A stretch of 64,000 nucleotides of DNA, from positions 13,849 through 77,848 of the forward strand of contig JAUIBL010000013.1 in assembly GCA_030428355.1 (NCBI GenBank), given 5' to 3'. Positions 39,628 through 48,856 of the stretch are shown here, in pieces. Numbering within the stretch: position 1 is the first letter of the stretch; each line of letters starts with the position of its first letter. The position numbers and the translations under genes were made by a program. The notes under the pieces are model-generated. The model was not told where the DNA came from. It worked only from the letters and a program-made list of their open reading frames with translations, and ran no database searches. Source of the DNA: Alphaproteobacteria bacterium. Its GTDB lineage: Bacteria; Pseudomonadota; Alphaproteobacteria; Rhodobacterales; Rhodobacteraceae.

Positions 39628-40280
39628 ACCACGTGCCCCTGGCTCAGGTGGACATGCCGCTCCATCCTGCGGGCCACGCTGCTTGAATGCGTCACCATCA
39701 AAAGCGCAGCGCCGGTTTCCCGCACAAGGCGCAGCATCTGGCCAAGGACTTCGGACGCGGTCGCCTCATCCAGATTGCCGGTCGGTTCATCCGCCAGCAC
39801 CAACTTGGGCCGCGCAGTCAGCGTGCGGGCAATGGCGACGCGCTGCTGTTGGCCGCCGGACAACGCTTCGGGGTACTTGGCAAGGTGTTCGGTCAACCCC
39901 AGCGCCCGCGCCAATTGCGCCGCGTGATCTGCGTCGAACGCCCCCGCCAAACGCGCCTGAAAGGCGATATTGGCCTCGACCGTCAATGACGGGATCAGGT
40001 TGAACTGCTGAAAGATCACCCCGACGTCCGTCCGGCGCAGCGCCGCGCGGTCGGTGTCGTTCATTGTCGTGACCTCGCGCCCGGCCACGGTGATCGACCC
40101 GCTGTCCACCCGGTCCAGCCCGCCGATGAGATGCAGAAGCGTGCTCTTACCCGAGCCCGATTCTCCGGTCAGAGCCAAGGTCTCGCCTCGCTCGAGCGAC
40201 AGCGACACACCCCGCAGCACGGGGACATCGCCTTCCGCACCGGGGAAGGATTTCCTGACGTCGTGAACCTTCAGAACCAT
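39624..40280 (-). CDS. ABC ATP-binding protein (LolD/AttE-like)
   Basis: GESGSGKST, FQQFNLIP, LSGGQQQR, ADEPTGNLD. Confidence 0.93.
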   Translation of the reverse strand: MVLKVHDVRKSFPGAEGDVPVLRGVSLSLERGETLALTGESGSGKSTLLHLIGGLDRVDSGSITVAGREVTTMNDTDRAALRRTDVGVIFQQFNLIPSLTVEANIAFQARLAGAFDADHAAQLARALGLTEHLAKYPEALSGGQQQRVAIARTLTARPKLVLADEPTGNLDEATASEVLGQMLRLVRETGAALLMVTHSSSVARRMERHVHLSQGHVV

Positions 40281-40379
40281 GCGCCTGAGCTATCACGCGG
40301 ACGGGAAAGGAAAAGCCCGGACACACAAAAACCACCGCCGCACTTTGCCGCGTGTGTTCCGGGTGCTACCTCGGATGCC

Positions 40380-41084
40380 ATGAGTGCGTTCATCCTGTCC
40401 CCAGACACGGTCTGGAACCCCAAGGCGCTGGCGACCGGATCGGTCCCGCGCAAGGTGCTGCATCGCATCGCGTTCCTGCCCAAGGGCGGCGGCGCGGGTC
40501 TGATTGCGCGGGTGATCATGGAAAACGAGCCACTCCGCTATTTCATCGCGCTATCGCCCTTCGTGGTCGCCATGTTCATCTGGCGCGATCTGGCGCTGCC
40601 GATTTCGCAGGCGCCGGTGGCGATGATCATCGTGATCGGGTTTTTCGAGATGAAGGTGCTGCGGGTCTCGGCCGAAAAGCGCAAGACTTTGATGGACGAG
40701 GACGAGGCCGCGCGGGTGCTCGACACGCTGACCTATCGGGCGCGGCGGGTGCTGACCAAGCTGGCGGCGCTGCGGGGCCAGACGAGCGGAGAAGTGATGC
40801 TGGTGGTCGAACAATCCGAACTGGCGCATGTCACGCCGCTCACTCTGGTGTCGGTGCAGACGCGCGAGGGCAAGCCGCGCATTCTGTCGCTGAGCCCGGA
40901 AGAGCGGGCGTTGATCGCGGCAGAGTTGTTTGACGAGGCGTTTACCGAGCGCCTGCTGCACCGGGCGAACCTGCGCGAAGATGTCTATCTGCGGTCGGTC
41001 AGCTTTGACTCGCGCGGGGTGTCCGGCCATGCCCGTCTGGCCGCATTGCTGGACGGCCCCGCGCCGCAGGAGGCGCCGGCATGA
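40380..41084 (+). CDS. Hypothetical membrane protein (about 2 TM)
   Basis: Start MSAFILS; hydrophobic YFIALSPFVVAMFIW and APVAMIIVIGFF; ATGA overlap with the ATPase. Confidence 0.8.
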   Translation: MSAFILSPDTVWNPKALATGSVPRKVLHRIAFLPKGGGAGLIARVIMENEPLRYFIALSPFVVAMFIWRDLALPISQAPVAMIIVIGFFEMKVLRVSAEKRKTLMDEDEAARVLDTLTYRARRVLTKLAALRGQTSGEVMLVVEQSELAHVTPLTLVSVQTREGKPRILSLSPEERALIAAELFDEAFTERLLHRANLREDVYLRSVSFDSRGVSGHARLAALLDGPAPQEAPA

Positions 41085-42187
41085 GCGTGAACGCACAAAC
41101 GGTGTCGGCAGGTGACGCGCTGGAGGTGTTGCGGGCGGCGTGGGACGAGCAAAGCACTGGGGCGCTGATGACGTCCTGGATGCTGCACGGCAAGCCCGGT
41201 GTGGGAAAAACCCAGCTTGTGCAGACGCTTGCGACACAGATCGGGGCGCAGCTTTATGACATCCGGCTGACAACGATCGAGCCGCAGGATCTGCGGGGCC
41301 TGCCCTATTACGATCACGAGACGCGCAAGACGCTGTGGTATCGGCCCGAGGATTTGCCGGACGAGCCGGACCGTCCTGCGGTGCTGTTTCTGGACGAGTT
41401 GACCGCAGCCTCGCCCTATCTGCAGCCGACGGTTTACGGGCTGTTGCAGGAACGGCGGGTCGGGCGGCACACCCTGCCCGACAGCGTCTTCATCGTGGCG
41501 GCGGGCAACACGGTCGAGGATGGCGCGGTGGCCTACGAGATGGGAACCGCCCTGTCGGACCGGCTGGTGCATCTGCACGTAACGGCCAACGCAAAGGACT
41601 GGCTGGAACGCTACGCCGTGGACCAGTCGCTGCACCCTTCGGTGACGGCGTTCCTGCGGTCACGGCCTGATCTGCTGGATACCACCGAGGACAGCCTGCG
41701 TCGCGGTGAGATGATCGCCTGCACACCCCGGTCGTGGGAACGGGTGAGCCAGATCATGCAGGCGGTGACCGATCGGCGCATCCGCGACACGATGGTGGCG
41801 GGCACGATAGGTGTGGCCCCCGCTGCCGAATTTGCCCGCGTTGCGGATGAGCTGGACGCGATGGTGACGGTGCAGGACATGCTCGCGACCCCGCGCGCCC
41901 AGCGGGCGGATCTGTATCCCGACAGTCTGAACGGGCTGGTCGGGCTGATCTACGGGCTGGTGGCGCAGACCGACGCGGACACGATCCGCGATGTGATCGA
42001 CGTGATGGCGGATATTCGCACGCTGAAATCCGAACGCGTGCAGGCGCTGCCCTTGGGTGAGCTGTCCAGCTTCGGGTTTGAGGTGCTGATCCGAAAGGCG
42101 CTGGCGCAGGGGCTGCACGAAGCGTTCCGGGGGTCCGAGGCTTATGCCGGTTACGCAAAGGCGCGGGCCGAAGCCGGGGCGCTGTAG
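41081..42187 (+). CDS. MoxR-like/AAA_5 AAA+ ATPase
   Basis: GKPGVGKT Walker A, DLRGLP, LFLDEL Walker B, IVAAGN sensor I, ALSDRL Arg finger, TPRSWE sensor II; AGGAGG RBS. Confidence 0.9.
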   Translation: MSVNAQTVSAGDALEVLRAAWDEQSTGALMTSWMLHGKPGVGKTQLVQTLATQIGAQLYDIRLTTIEPQDLRGLPYYDHETRKTLWYRPEDLPDEPDRPAVLFLDELTAASPYLQPTVYGLLQERRVGRHTLPDSVFIVAAGNTVEDGAVAYEMGTALSDRLVHLHVTANAKDWLERYAVDQSLHPSVTAFLRSRPDLLDTTEDSLRRGEMIACTPRSWERVSQIMQAVTDRRIRDTMVAGTIGVAPAAEFARVADELDAMVTVQDMLATPRAQRADLYPDSLNGLVGLIYGLVAQTDADTIRDVIDVMADIRTLKSERVQALPLGELSSFGFEVLIRKALAQGLHEAFRGSEAYAGYAKARAEAGAL

Positions 42188-42191
42188 GCCG

Positions 42192-43412
42192 GTGTCAGGG
42201 CAGCACAGCCGACGCGCGCGGATGGCCTTGGCCCAGATGGGCGATGTCGATCCCGCCATTGCCGCGTTGTCGCTCTGGTGTACTCATCGGGACCACGACG
42301 GCGAGACGGAAACAGACGGAGGTACAATCCTCTACGGGCCGTCCTTCACGCATCTCTCACCCGCTGAGCAGATCGGTCTCTGCGCACATCATGTCCTTCA
42401 CGTTGCGCTGCGCCATTCTGCACGGCAAGCCGAGATGGCGGCGCGGCTGGGGCGTGGGTTCAAGCCCAAGCTGTACACTCTGGCAGCGGATGCGATGGTG
42501 AACGAGGCGCTGTTGACCGGCGGGCACGCTTTGCCGCGTCCGGCGGTGCGGGCGAAGGAACTGATCGACCTCTTGCCGGGCTTGGACACCGTGGCCCCCA
42601 ACATCCTTGCCGAGTGGGACACGGACCGGCTCTATCACGCCTTGGCGGCCCCTTTGGAGGGCGATCCATCACAGGTGAACCCGGCGGTTGAAGACTACAT
42701 GCTCAAGCGGAAATTTGCGCCGGACCTGACCAGCAAGGGATCGTTAGAAACCCAAAGCGACGTCTGGGCCAGTCGGGTCGACCAGGCGCTGGAGCTGGGG
42801 CGCAGCGCCGGGATCGGCATCGGCCCTGCCCTGATCCGGTTCGGCGATCTGCCCGGCTCCACCGTGCCGTGGGAACGGCATCTGCGTCGCCTGCTGCTCA
42901 AGGCGGTGAGCGATGTGCCGCGTCAGTCGCACAAGCGCCCTGCCGCCCGTTGGGTTGCGCAGGAGGCTTTGGCGCAGGCGTCGGGCGTGCCATCCCCCGC
43001 CTTTCAACCCGGACTGGCGCGCGACATGCGGCGCCCGCGGATCATCGTGGCGCTGGATACATCGAGTTCCGTCACCGACACGCAGCTTGATCTCTTTGCC
43101 GCCGAGGTTCTGGGCATCCAGCGGCGCAGCGACGCGGAGGTCCATCTGTGGGGGTTCGACACGGTGCTGCACAGTCAGACGCGGCTCGATCATGCGGATG
43201 CGCTGGGTCGTCTTGAGATACGGCGCGGCGGCGGTACGGATTTCACACCGGTGTTCGACGCCAGCACCCGGTTTGAGCCATCATTGCTCATCGTGCTCAC
43301 CGATCTGGACGCGCCTTTGCCTGCCGCCCCGCGGCATCCGGTCATCTGGGCGGTGCCCGCCCCTGTGGCCCGCCCACCCGCCTTTGGCAAGACGCTGGTG
43401 ATGGCGCGATAA
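42192..43412 (+). CDS. DUF2201-type protein: metallopeptidase-like N-domain + vWA domain
   Basis: TDGGTILY, AHHVLHVALRH, AADAMVN, PWERHLR; MIDAS DTSSS, GGGTDF, IVLTD, PVIW. GTG start inferred. Confidence 0.85.
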   Translation: MSGQHSRRARMALAQMGDVDPAIAALSLWCTHRDHDGETETDGGTILYGPSFTHLSPAEQIGLCAHHVLHVALRHSARQAEMAARLGRGFKPKLYTLAADAMVNEALLTGGHALPRPAVRAKELIDLLPGLDTVAPNILAEWDTDRLYHALAAPLEGDPSQVNPAVEDYMLKRKFAPDLTSKGSLETQSDVWASRVDQALELGRSAGIGIGPALIRFGDLPGSTVPWERHLRRLLLKAVSDVPRQSHKRPAARWVAQEALAQASGVPSPAFQPGLARDMRRPRIIVALDTSSSVTDTQLDLFAAEVLGIQRRSDAEVHLWGFDTVLHSQTRLDHADALGRLEIRRGGGTDFTPVFDASTRFEPSLLIVLTDLDAPLPAAPRHPVIWAVPAPVARPPAFGKTLVMAR

Positions 43413-43489
43413 CTGGCCCCTGCCAATTCCTTTGCCGGAAGCGGACCGAAGGCGTAGAGTGGTAGAAACAGACCAAAGCTCTGGAGGGG

Positions 43490-43801
43490 ATGATGCTCTG
43501 CGCACGTCTTGCACCTGCCCTGATCTGCCTGTCCGGCATGGCCGCCGCTCAGGACGGGAACGTCACGATGGGACGCCAGATCGCCGAAGAGTATTGCGCA
43601 TCCTGTCACATGGTCGAACCGGATGGTCCCTTCAAACAGGAGCCCCCCAGCTTTGCGGCCATTGCCGTCTACCGGTCGACCGACCAGATCCGGGCGCGGA
43701 TTGTGCAGCCGATCCACGCGGACATGCCGCGCTACAGCGACTACATGATCGGCGGGAATATCGACGACATGGTGGCCTATATCGCGTCGCTGGAGAAATA
43801 G
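43490..43801 (+). CDS. Monoheme class I cytochrome c
   Basis: Signal peptide, CASCH, PPSF, HADMP (distal Met), MVAYIASL; GGAGG RBS. Confidence 0.88.
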   Translation: MMLCARLAPALICLSGMAAAQDGNVTMGRQIAEEYCASCHMVEPDGPFKQEPPSFAAIAVYRSTDQIRARIVQPIHADMPRYSDYMIGGNIDDMVAYIASLEK

Positions 43802-43836
43802 GCGCGGCGTAGAATGCCGCCGCGCCCGGTGTGTCA

Positions 43837-45939
43837 TCAAGCGATGGCGGGCGGGTCAAGGACCCCGATCACCTGTACGAGGAATTCCCCCAATTCGGGG
43901 TCAAGCGCCGCCTGATAATCGGCATCGATCGCCGCGAAGGCCTGCGCGATGCTGTCCTGAGAGCCGTCAAACAGGGCCATGACCTCGGTTGCGTTGCTGA
44001 CATCGGACATGCCGCGATGCACGGCGAAATAGGCGCCGATGTCGACCTTGTTCTCGAGGAAGGCCCGGTCCAGCAATTGCTGATCGACAAAGTCTTGCCC
44101 TTCTTCCGGTTTCAGCTCGGATTTTGCCCCGCGCAGAACCTCGAGGATGAACTGGTCGCGTGACACGGCACCGCTGTCGAGAAAACCAACCCAGAACTCA
44201 ATCCCCGCCGCGTCTGGTGTCCGGCCGAGGACATTGTTGTAGACCGATGTCGCAAATTCCGTGTTCGACGTCCCCTCGGGATAGGTCGCGCGGGTTTCGT
44301 CCTGATCAATGAACAGCGATGCCATCTGCTCCAACGTGGTGCCATTGGCGAAGGCCGTGCCCCAGAAATTGAGCCCGATCGCATCCGGCGCGCGGTTGAA
44401 GTACGCGATGTAAAGCTCAATAAAGCTTTCGAAATCTTCAGGCGACAGGCTGGCCACACCACCAAATTCCTGAAGGTTGAAGGGACCGTTCTGAATGTCG
44501 ACGGTGAAGTCCAGAAACTCGATGTCGACAAGCGTGTCGGTGCCGTTCACATCCGGCCTGCGGTCGGCAATCCGGGTTTCGCCCGGCGCGATGAGAAGCG
44601 TGTAGGCGAATTGCGGACCCGAGAAGATCGCCGTGTCCACGCCTGCACCACCGTTAAGCACGTCGTCGCCGCCAAGACCGGACAGGGTGTCATTGCCATC
44701 CAGCGCCGCCAGGGTCTCGCCCGCGTCGCCTCCCGTGAGGAAATCGCGCCCCCCGGTCGGAGAGGTGCTGTCGGACAGCACCTCGAGCGATGCAATCGTA
44801 CTGCCGGTCAGCCCGGTGTCGGCGTCTTCAAGCGTTCGTGGCGTGACACCGTTTTCCGCCAGCGTTGCATCGCTGATCGGCAAAAGCACAAGCCCGGCAT
44901 TGGGATCGTCGAAGGTGATGAGCACATCAGTGGTCAGCGACGGGATCGCGGTTGCCACCAGTTGCGAATAGCTGGGCGGCAGATAGGTGGTGTCGAAAAA
45001 GTCGGCAACACGGCTGCCCTGAGCGTTCAGGTCGCTGATCACGTCGTTCGCAAGATTGATGAATTCCGCCGCGATCTTGGGTGTGGCGAAGGATGTCCCG
45101 AAGTTGAACCCCCAGTCTTCGCGGAACACCAGACCATCGCCCGCCAAGTCGACATTCGGCAGGCTTTCGAAGGACGACAGCAGCAATTCGCCATTTGTCG
45201 CCACGTTCCACGCGCCCACATTGATCACGTTCTGATAGACGCTGCCCCAGTCGACACCCGCCTGCCCTTCATTGGCCGAGGCCTGGAAGATCGGCACCTC
45301 GAACAACTCGAAGTAATCCAGCGTGGTGAGTTCGGATTCATCGACCGTATTGTCCCCCAGCGACACCGAGAGAGCGGCCGGCAGGTAGGTGATGTCCGAT
45401 TCCGGATTAAACGCGGCGTCGAAGGTCTGGAGGAAATCGAACACCACCGCGATCATCGCCGGTTCGACATATTCGACCCCGTCAAAGGTCGTGGTGACAT
45501 TCTGGAACGGCAACAGGAACTCTTGAGCCACATCGATGGCGATGATCTCGGTCCGCGACGGATCGACCAAACGCTGCGTAATCGCTTCGATGACCCAATC
45601 CCCATGCGCCGGGAAATCCTGAAAAGTCGGCGCTTCGCGGACAAATTCGAAATAGGTCGTCGCGACCGCCTCCTGTCCGTTGAACTCGACGGTGGCTTCT
45701 TCCTTGAAATCCAGATCGCGCTCGAAACTGTATTCGAAATCATCCGGCGTGACGCGATAGAACCCGCCCTCATCTGCGACGAAGGTGGTTCGCGTCTCAT
45801 CCGCCATCCCGAGCCCGTTCGACACGTAATCGAAGAACGTGATCTCATCGATGAACCCGTAGTCGTAAAGGGTCACGTTCGAATACTCGAAAACGCGCTC
45901 GGTAAACTCGTCGAGCACGATAATGAGCGTCTTATCCAT
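43837..45939 (-). CDS. Subtilase-like protein with RTX Ca-binding repeats and C-terminal DUF4214 domain
   Basis: IIVLDE, HGDWV, SANEG, NVINVGA, GTSFATP; GGRDFLTGG, DGNDTLSG, GGDDVLNGGAGVD; LYIAYFNRAPD..GLNFW and YNNVLGRTPD..GIEFW. Confidence 0.8.
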   Translation of the reverse strand: MDKTLIIVLDEFTERVFEYSNVTLYDYGFIDEITFFDYVSNGLGMADETRTTFVADEGGFYRVTPDDFEYSFERDLDFKEEATVEFNGQEAVATTYFEFVREAPTFQDFPAHGDWVIEAITQRLVDPSRTEIIAIDVAQEFLLPFQNVTTTFDGVEYVEPAMIAVVFDFLQTFDAAFNPESDITYLPAALSVSLGDNTVDESELTTLDYFELFEVPIFQASANEGQAGVDWGSVYQNVINVGAWNVATNGELLLSSFESLPNVDLAGDGLVFREDWGFNFGTSFATPKIAAEFINLANDVISDLNAQGSRVADFFDTTYLPPSYSQLVATAIPSLTTDVLITFDDPNAGLVLLPISDATLAENGVTPRTLEDADTGLTGSTIASLEVLSDSTSPTGGRDFLTGGDAGETLAALDGNDTLSGLGGDDVLNGGAGVDTAIFSGPQFAYTLLIAPGETRIADRRPDVNGTDTLVDIEFLDFTVDIQNGPFNLQEFGGVASLSPEDFESFIELYIAYFNRAPDAIGLNFWGTAFANGTTLEQMASLFIDQDETRATYPEGTSNTEFATSVYNNVLGRTPDAAGIEFWVGFLDSGAVSRDQFILEVLRGAKSELKPEEGQDFVDQQLLDRAFLENKVDIGAYFAVHRGMSDVSNATEVMALFDGSQDSIAQAFAAIDADYQAALDPELGEFLVQVIGVLDPPAIA

Positions 45940-46118
45940 TGGTTTGGTCCTTCCCCCGAATAACCTGTTGGTGCGGATAAATTTCGCGAAAACCGGGGCT
46001 GCTTCAACTTTTTTCGATCAAAAGTTGACTAAAAAAATCATATTTTTCAGCAGACGCCGAAAAGCCGCTCGGGCAGATGCGTCGACATGATGGAATGGTT
46101 GAACTTTCAGGGAAAAGG

Positions 46119-46204
46119 TGGTGCCCAAGGCGAGACTCGAACTCGCACGCCCGCAAAGGCGGGGGATTTTGAATCCCCTGCGTCTACCATTCCGCCACTT
46201 GGGC
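46119..46204 (-). tRNA. tRNA-Leu(CAA)
   Basis: GCCCAAGTGGCGGAATGGTAGACGCA-GGGGA-TTCAAAA-TCCCC, long variable arm, GTTCGAGT T-loop, CTTGGGC-A-CCA. Confidence 0.97.
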
Positions 46205-46327
46205 CACGCGCAATCCCTATCCAAGCTGATGCACCTCGTCCAGCGCAAAAACGCATTTCCGCGCTGTGGGCTTGACCCGTCCTGCGGCGCGTGGTCTTTG
46301 CCCGGCAACCCCGCATCCGGAGCCAAC

Positions 46328-46906
46328 ATGTTGCAGCGCCTGTACCAGTGGACCATGTCCTTGGCCGACCATCCTCGGGCCCTCTGGGTGCTGGCGATCG
46401 TGGCCTTTGTCGAAAGCTCGGTCTTTCCGATCCCGCCCGATGTGCTGATGATCCCGATGATCCTTGCGCGGCCCTCGCGGGCCTGGCTGATCGCACTGGT
46501 GGCGACGGTGTCGTCAGTGCTGGGAGGACTTCTGGGCTATGGCATCGGCTATTTCTTCTATGAAAGCGTCGGACAACCGATCCTGAGCGCGTTGGGCAAG
46601 GCCGATGCGATGGCCGAGTTCAACGACCGCTTCAACGGTGTGGGCTTCTGGGCTGTGCTGATCGCCGGGGTCACGCCGTTCCCCTACAAGGTCATCACCA
46701 TCATGTCCGGCTGGACAGCGATGCCGCTCACCACATTTGTTGTCACATCCGTGATCGCGCGGGCCTTGCGCTTTTTCGTTGTCGCGGGTTTGTTGCGCGC
46801 ATTCGGCGAACCGATCCGGACGTTTATCGAGAAACGGCTCGGGTTGATGTTCACGCTGTTCGTCGTGCTCCTGATCGGAGGGTTTTACGTGGTGAAATTC
46901 CTGTGA
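46328..46906 (+). CDS. YqaA/DedA family membrane protein
   Basis: FVESSVFPIPPD, GVTPFPYKV, ARALRFF; start MLQRLYQW. Confidence 0.92.
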   Translation: MLQRLYQWTMSLADHPRALWVLAIVAFVESSVFPIPPDVLMIPMILARPSRAWLIALVATVSSVLGGLLGYGIGYFFYESVGQPILSALGKADAMAEFNDRFNGVGFWAVLIAGVTPFPYKVITIMSGWTAMPLTTFVVTSVIARALRFFVVAGLLRAFGEPIRTFIEKRLGLMFTLFVVLLIGGFYVVKFL

Positions 46907-47370
46907 CACCGGATCGCCGCATGTTGATCGTGATGGCCGCCGGTGGATCGCTTGCCCTGATGCTGGGCGCATTCGGCTTTCAGTATATCGGGGGCCTGCC
47001 GCCCTGTGCGATGTGCATCTGGCAGCGTTATCCGCATGTGGCGGCCATCGCCATCGGTCTGATCGCGCTGCGCTTCGGCACCCCGCTGCTGGCATGGCTC
47101 GGGGCGGGCGCGGCTTTTGCCACAGCGGCCATCGGCGGGTATCACACCGGGGTCGAGCGCGGCTGGTGGGAGGGTCCGAGCACCTGCACCTCGGGTTCGA
47201 TCAGCGGGCTGTCAACGGATGAGCTGTTCGACCAGATCATGAATGCGCCGCTGGTGCGCTGCGACGAGGTCCCGTGGGAGATGTTCGGCCTCTCCATGGC
47301 AAGCTGGAACATGGTGATTTCGCTGATCCTCATGGGGCTATGGATCGCAGCGGCACGGCGTCCGGCCTAA
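46903..47370 (+). CDS. Disulfide bond formation protein DsbB family
   Basis: PCAMCIWQR, YHTGVE, GPSTC, VRCDE, GLSMASWN. Confidence 0.9.
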   Translation: MTPDRRMLIVMAAGGSLALMLGAFGFQYIGGLPPCAMCIWQRYPHVAAIAIGLIALRFGTPLLAWLGAGAAFATAAIGGYHTGVERGWWEGPSTCTSGSISGLSTDELFDQIMNAPLVRCDEVPWEMFGLSMASWNMVISLILMGLWIAAARRPA

Positions 47371-47795
47371 ACGCCGCTTTTGCGGGTCGACAGCAGCAGA
47401 GAGGTCTCGGACTGCGACACCCCGTCGAAGCGGCGGATGCGGAAGAGGACGTCGTCCAAGGCTTCCAGTGTTTCTGTGCCAAGCTCCGCGATCACGTCCC
47501 AACGGCCATTGGTTGAGTGCCGCGCCCGTACTTCCGGCAAGGCGGTCAACTGGCGCAGCACGCGGTCGGTGCCGCGCCCCTCGATCCCGATCATCATCAA
47601 CGCGCGCACCGGGTCCTGTGCGACATCCTCTTTAAGGACAACGGTAAAGCCCACGACATCCCCTGACGCCTGCAAGCGGTCGAGCCGTGACCGCACGGTC
47701 GCACGGGAGAGGTTGAGCGTGGTGGCCAGATCGGACACCGACGCCCGCCCGTTGTGGCGGAGGATCGAGATCAGTCTTTTGTCGGTACTGTCCAT
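47367..47795 (-). CDS. Lrp/AsnC family transcriptional regulator
   Basis: MDSTDKRLISIL..NGRAS, HTH LSRATVRSR, HSTNGRWD; divergent from arginase. Confidence 0.92.
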   Translation of the reverse strand: MDSTDKRLISILRHNGRASVSDLATTLNLSRATVRSRLDRLQASGDVVGFTVVLKEDVAQDPVRALMMIGIEGRGTDRVLRQLTALPEVRARHSTNGRWDVIAELGTETLEALDDVLFRIRRFDGVSQSETSLLLSTRKSGV

Positions 47796-47919
47796 AGTGA
47801 TCCTGATACTTCCCATTTTGGCAAATTGTATCCCGAATTGATCACTTTGACCAGTTCTGGATTGCCCGGATTGTGCCCTATACCGCGATCAAAGCTTCCC
47901 TTCGATCATGAGGACAGGA

Positions 47920-48846
47920 ATGACGCAGTCACAGAACATCGTATTGGTCGGCGCGCCGCTGGATTGCGGCAAGGCCCGCAAGGGCTGCCTGATGGGCCCG
48001 GATGCCTATCGCACCGCCGGGATTGCCCGTGCTCTGACGGCGCTCGGGCACAGCGTGACCGATCTGGGCAATGTCGCGCCCGATGCCAATGACATTCCTG
48101 AACGGGCGGGTCTGGTGAACCTGTCGGAAACCATTGGCTGGACCACGGCCCTGATGTGCACCGCGCAGGAGGCAATCCAGCAAGGCTTGCCGATCTTCAT
48201 GGGCGGTGATCACGCGCTGTCGCTGGGCACAGTGCCCGGCGTGGCCGCTCATGCCGCGCAAGAGGGTCGTCCGCAATTCGTGCTCTGGCTCGACGCGCAC
48301 AGCGATTTCAACACGTTGGACACCACCGCATCGGGCAATCTGCACGGCACACCGCTGGCCTATGCCACGGGGCAAAGCGGTTTTGACGGCTTCCCTTCCC
48401 TGCCCGCCATCGTGCCGCCCAGCCAGACCTGCATCATCGGCTTGCGCTCCGTCGATCTGCCGGAACGTGAGTTGATGGCTGACACCGGCGTGCGCGGCTA
48501 CGACATGCGCGCCATCGACGAATCCGGCGTGGCGGCGTTGCTGAGGCCGTTCCTCGAGGATGTGGCCAAGGCAGGTGGCGCGCTGCATGTGTCGCTCGAC
48601 GTGGATTTCATCGACCCGGCCTATGCGCCTGCCGTGGGCACCACCGTGCCCGGTGGAGCAACGGTGCGCGAGGCGCATCTGGTGATGGAGATGCTGTGTG
48701 ACAGCGGTCTGATGACCTCGCTCGATCTGGTGGAGCTGAACCCGATGCTCGACGAGCGGGGACGCACGGCGCAGCTCATGGTCGATCTGGCCGCATCGGC
48801 GCTGGGGCGTCGTATCTTCGACCGCCCCACCCCGCGCATGATCTGA
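47920..48846 (+). CDS. rocF: Arginase
   Basis: GGDHAL, WLDAHSD, SGNLHG, SLDVDFIDP, ELNP. Confidence 0.93.
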   Translation: MTQSQNIVLVGAPLDCGKARKGCLMGPDAYRTAGIARALTALGHSVTDLGNVAPDANDIPERAGLVNLSETIGWTTALMCTAQEAIQQGLPIFMGGDHALSLGTVPGVAAHAAQEGRPQFVLWLDAHSDFNTLDTTASGNLHGTPLAYATGQSGFDGFPSLPAIVPPSQTCIIGLRSVDLPERELMADTGVRGYDMRAIDESGVAALLRPFLEDVAKAGGALHVSLDVDFIDPAYAPAVGTTVPGGATVREAHLVMEMLCDSGLMTSLDLVELNPMLDERGRTAQLMVDLAASALGRRIFDRPTPRMI

Positions 48847-48856
48847 GGAGGCCGAC

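Noticed and set aside
43800-46204. tRNA-Leu-anchored genomic island
   Set aside because: No integrase and no duplicated tRNA 3' end found by eye; at most a single acquired gene
46118-46327. N-terminal extension of the YqaA ORF
   Set aside because: Reads through the antisense tRNA; real start is ATG 46328
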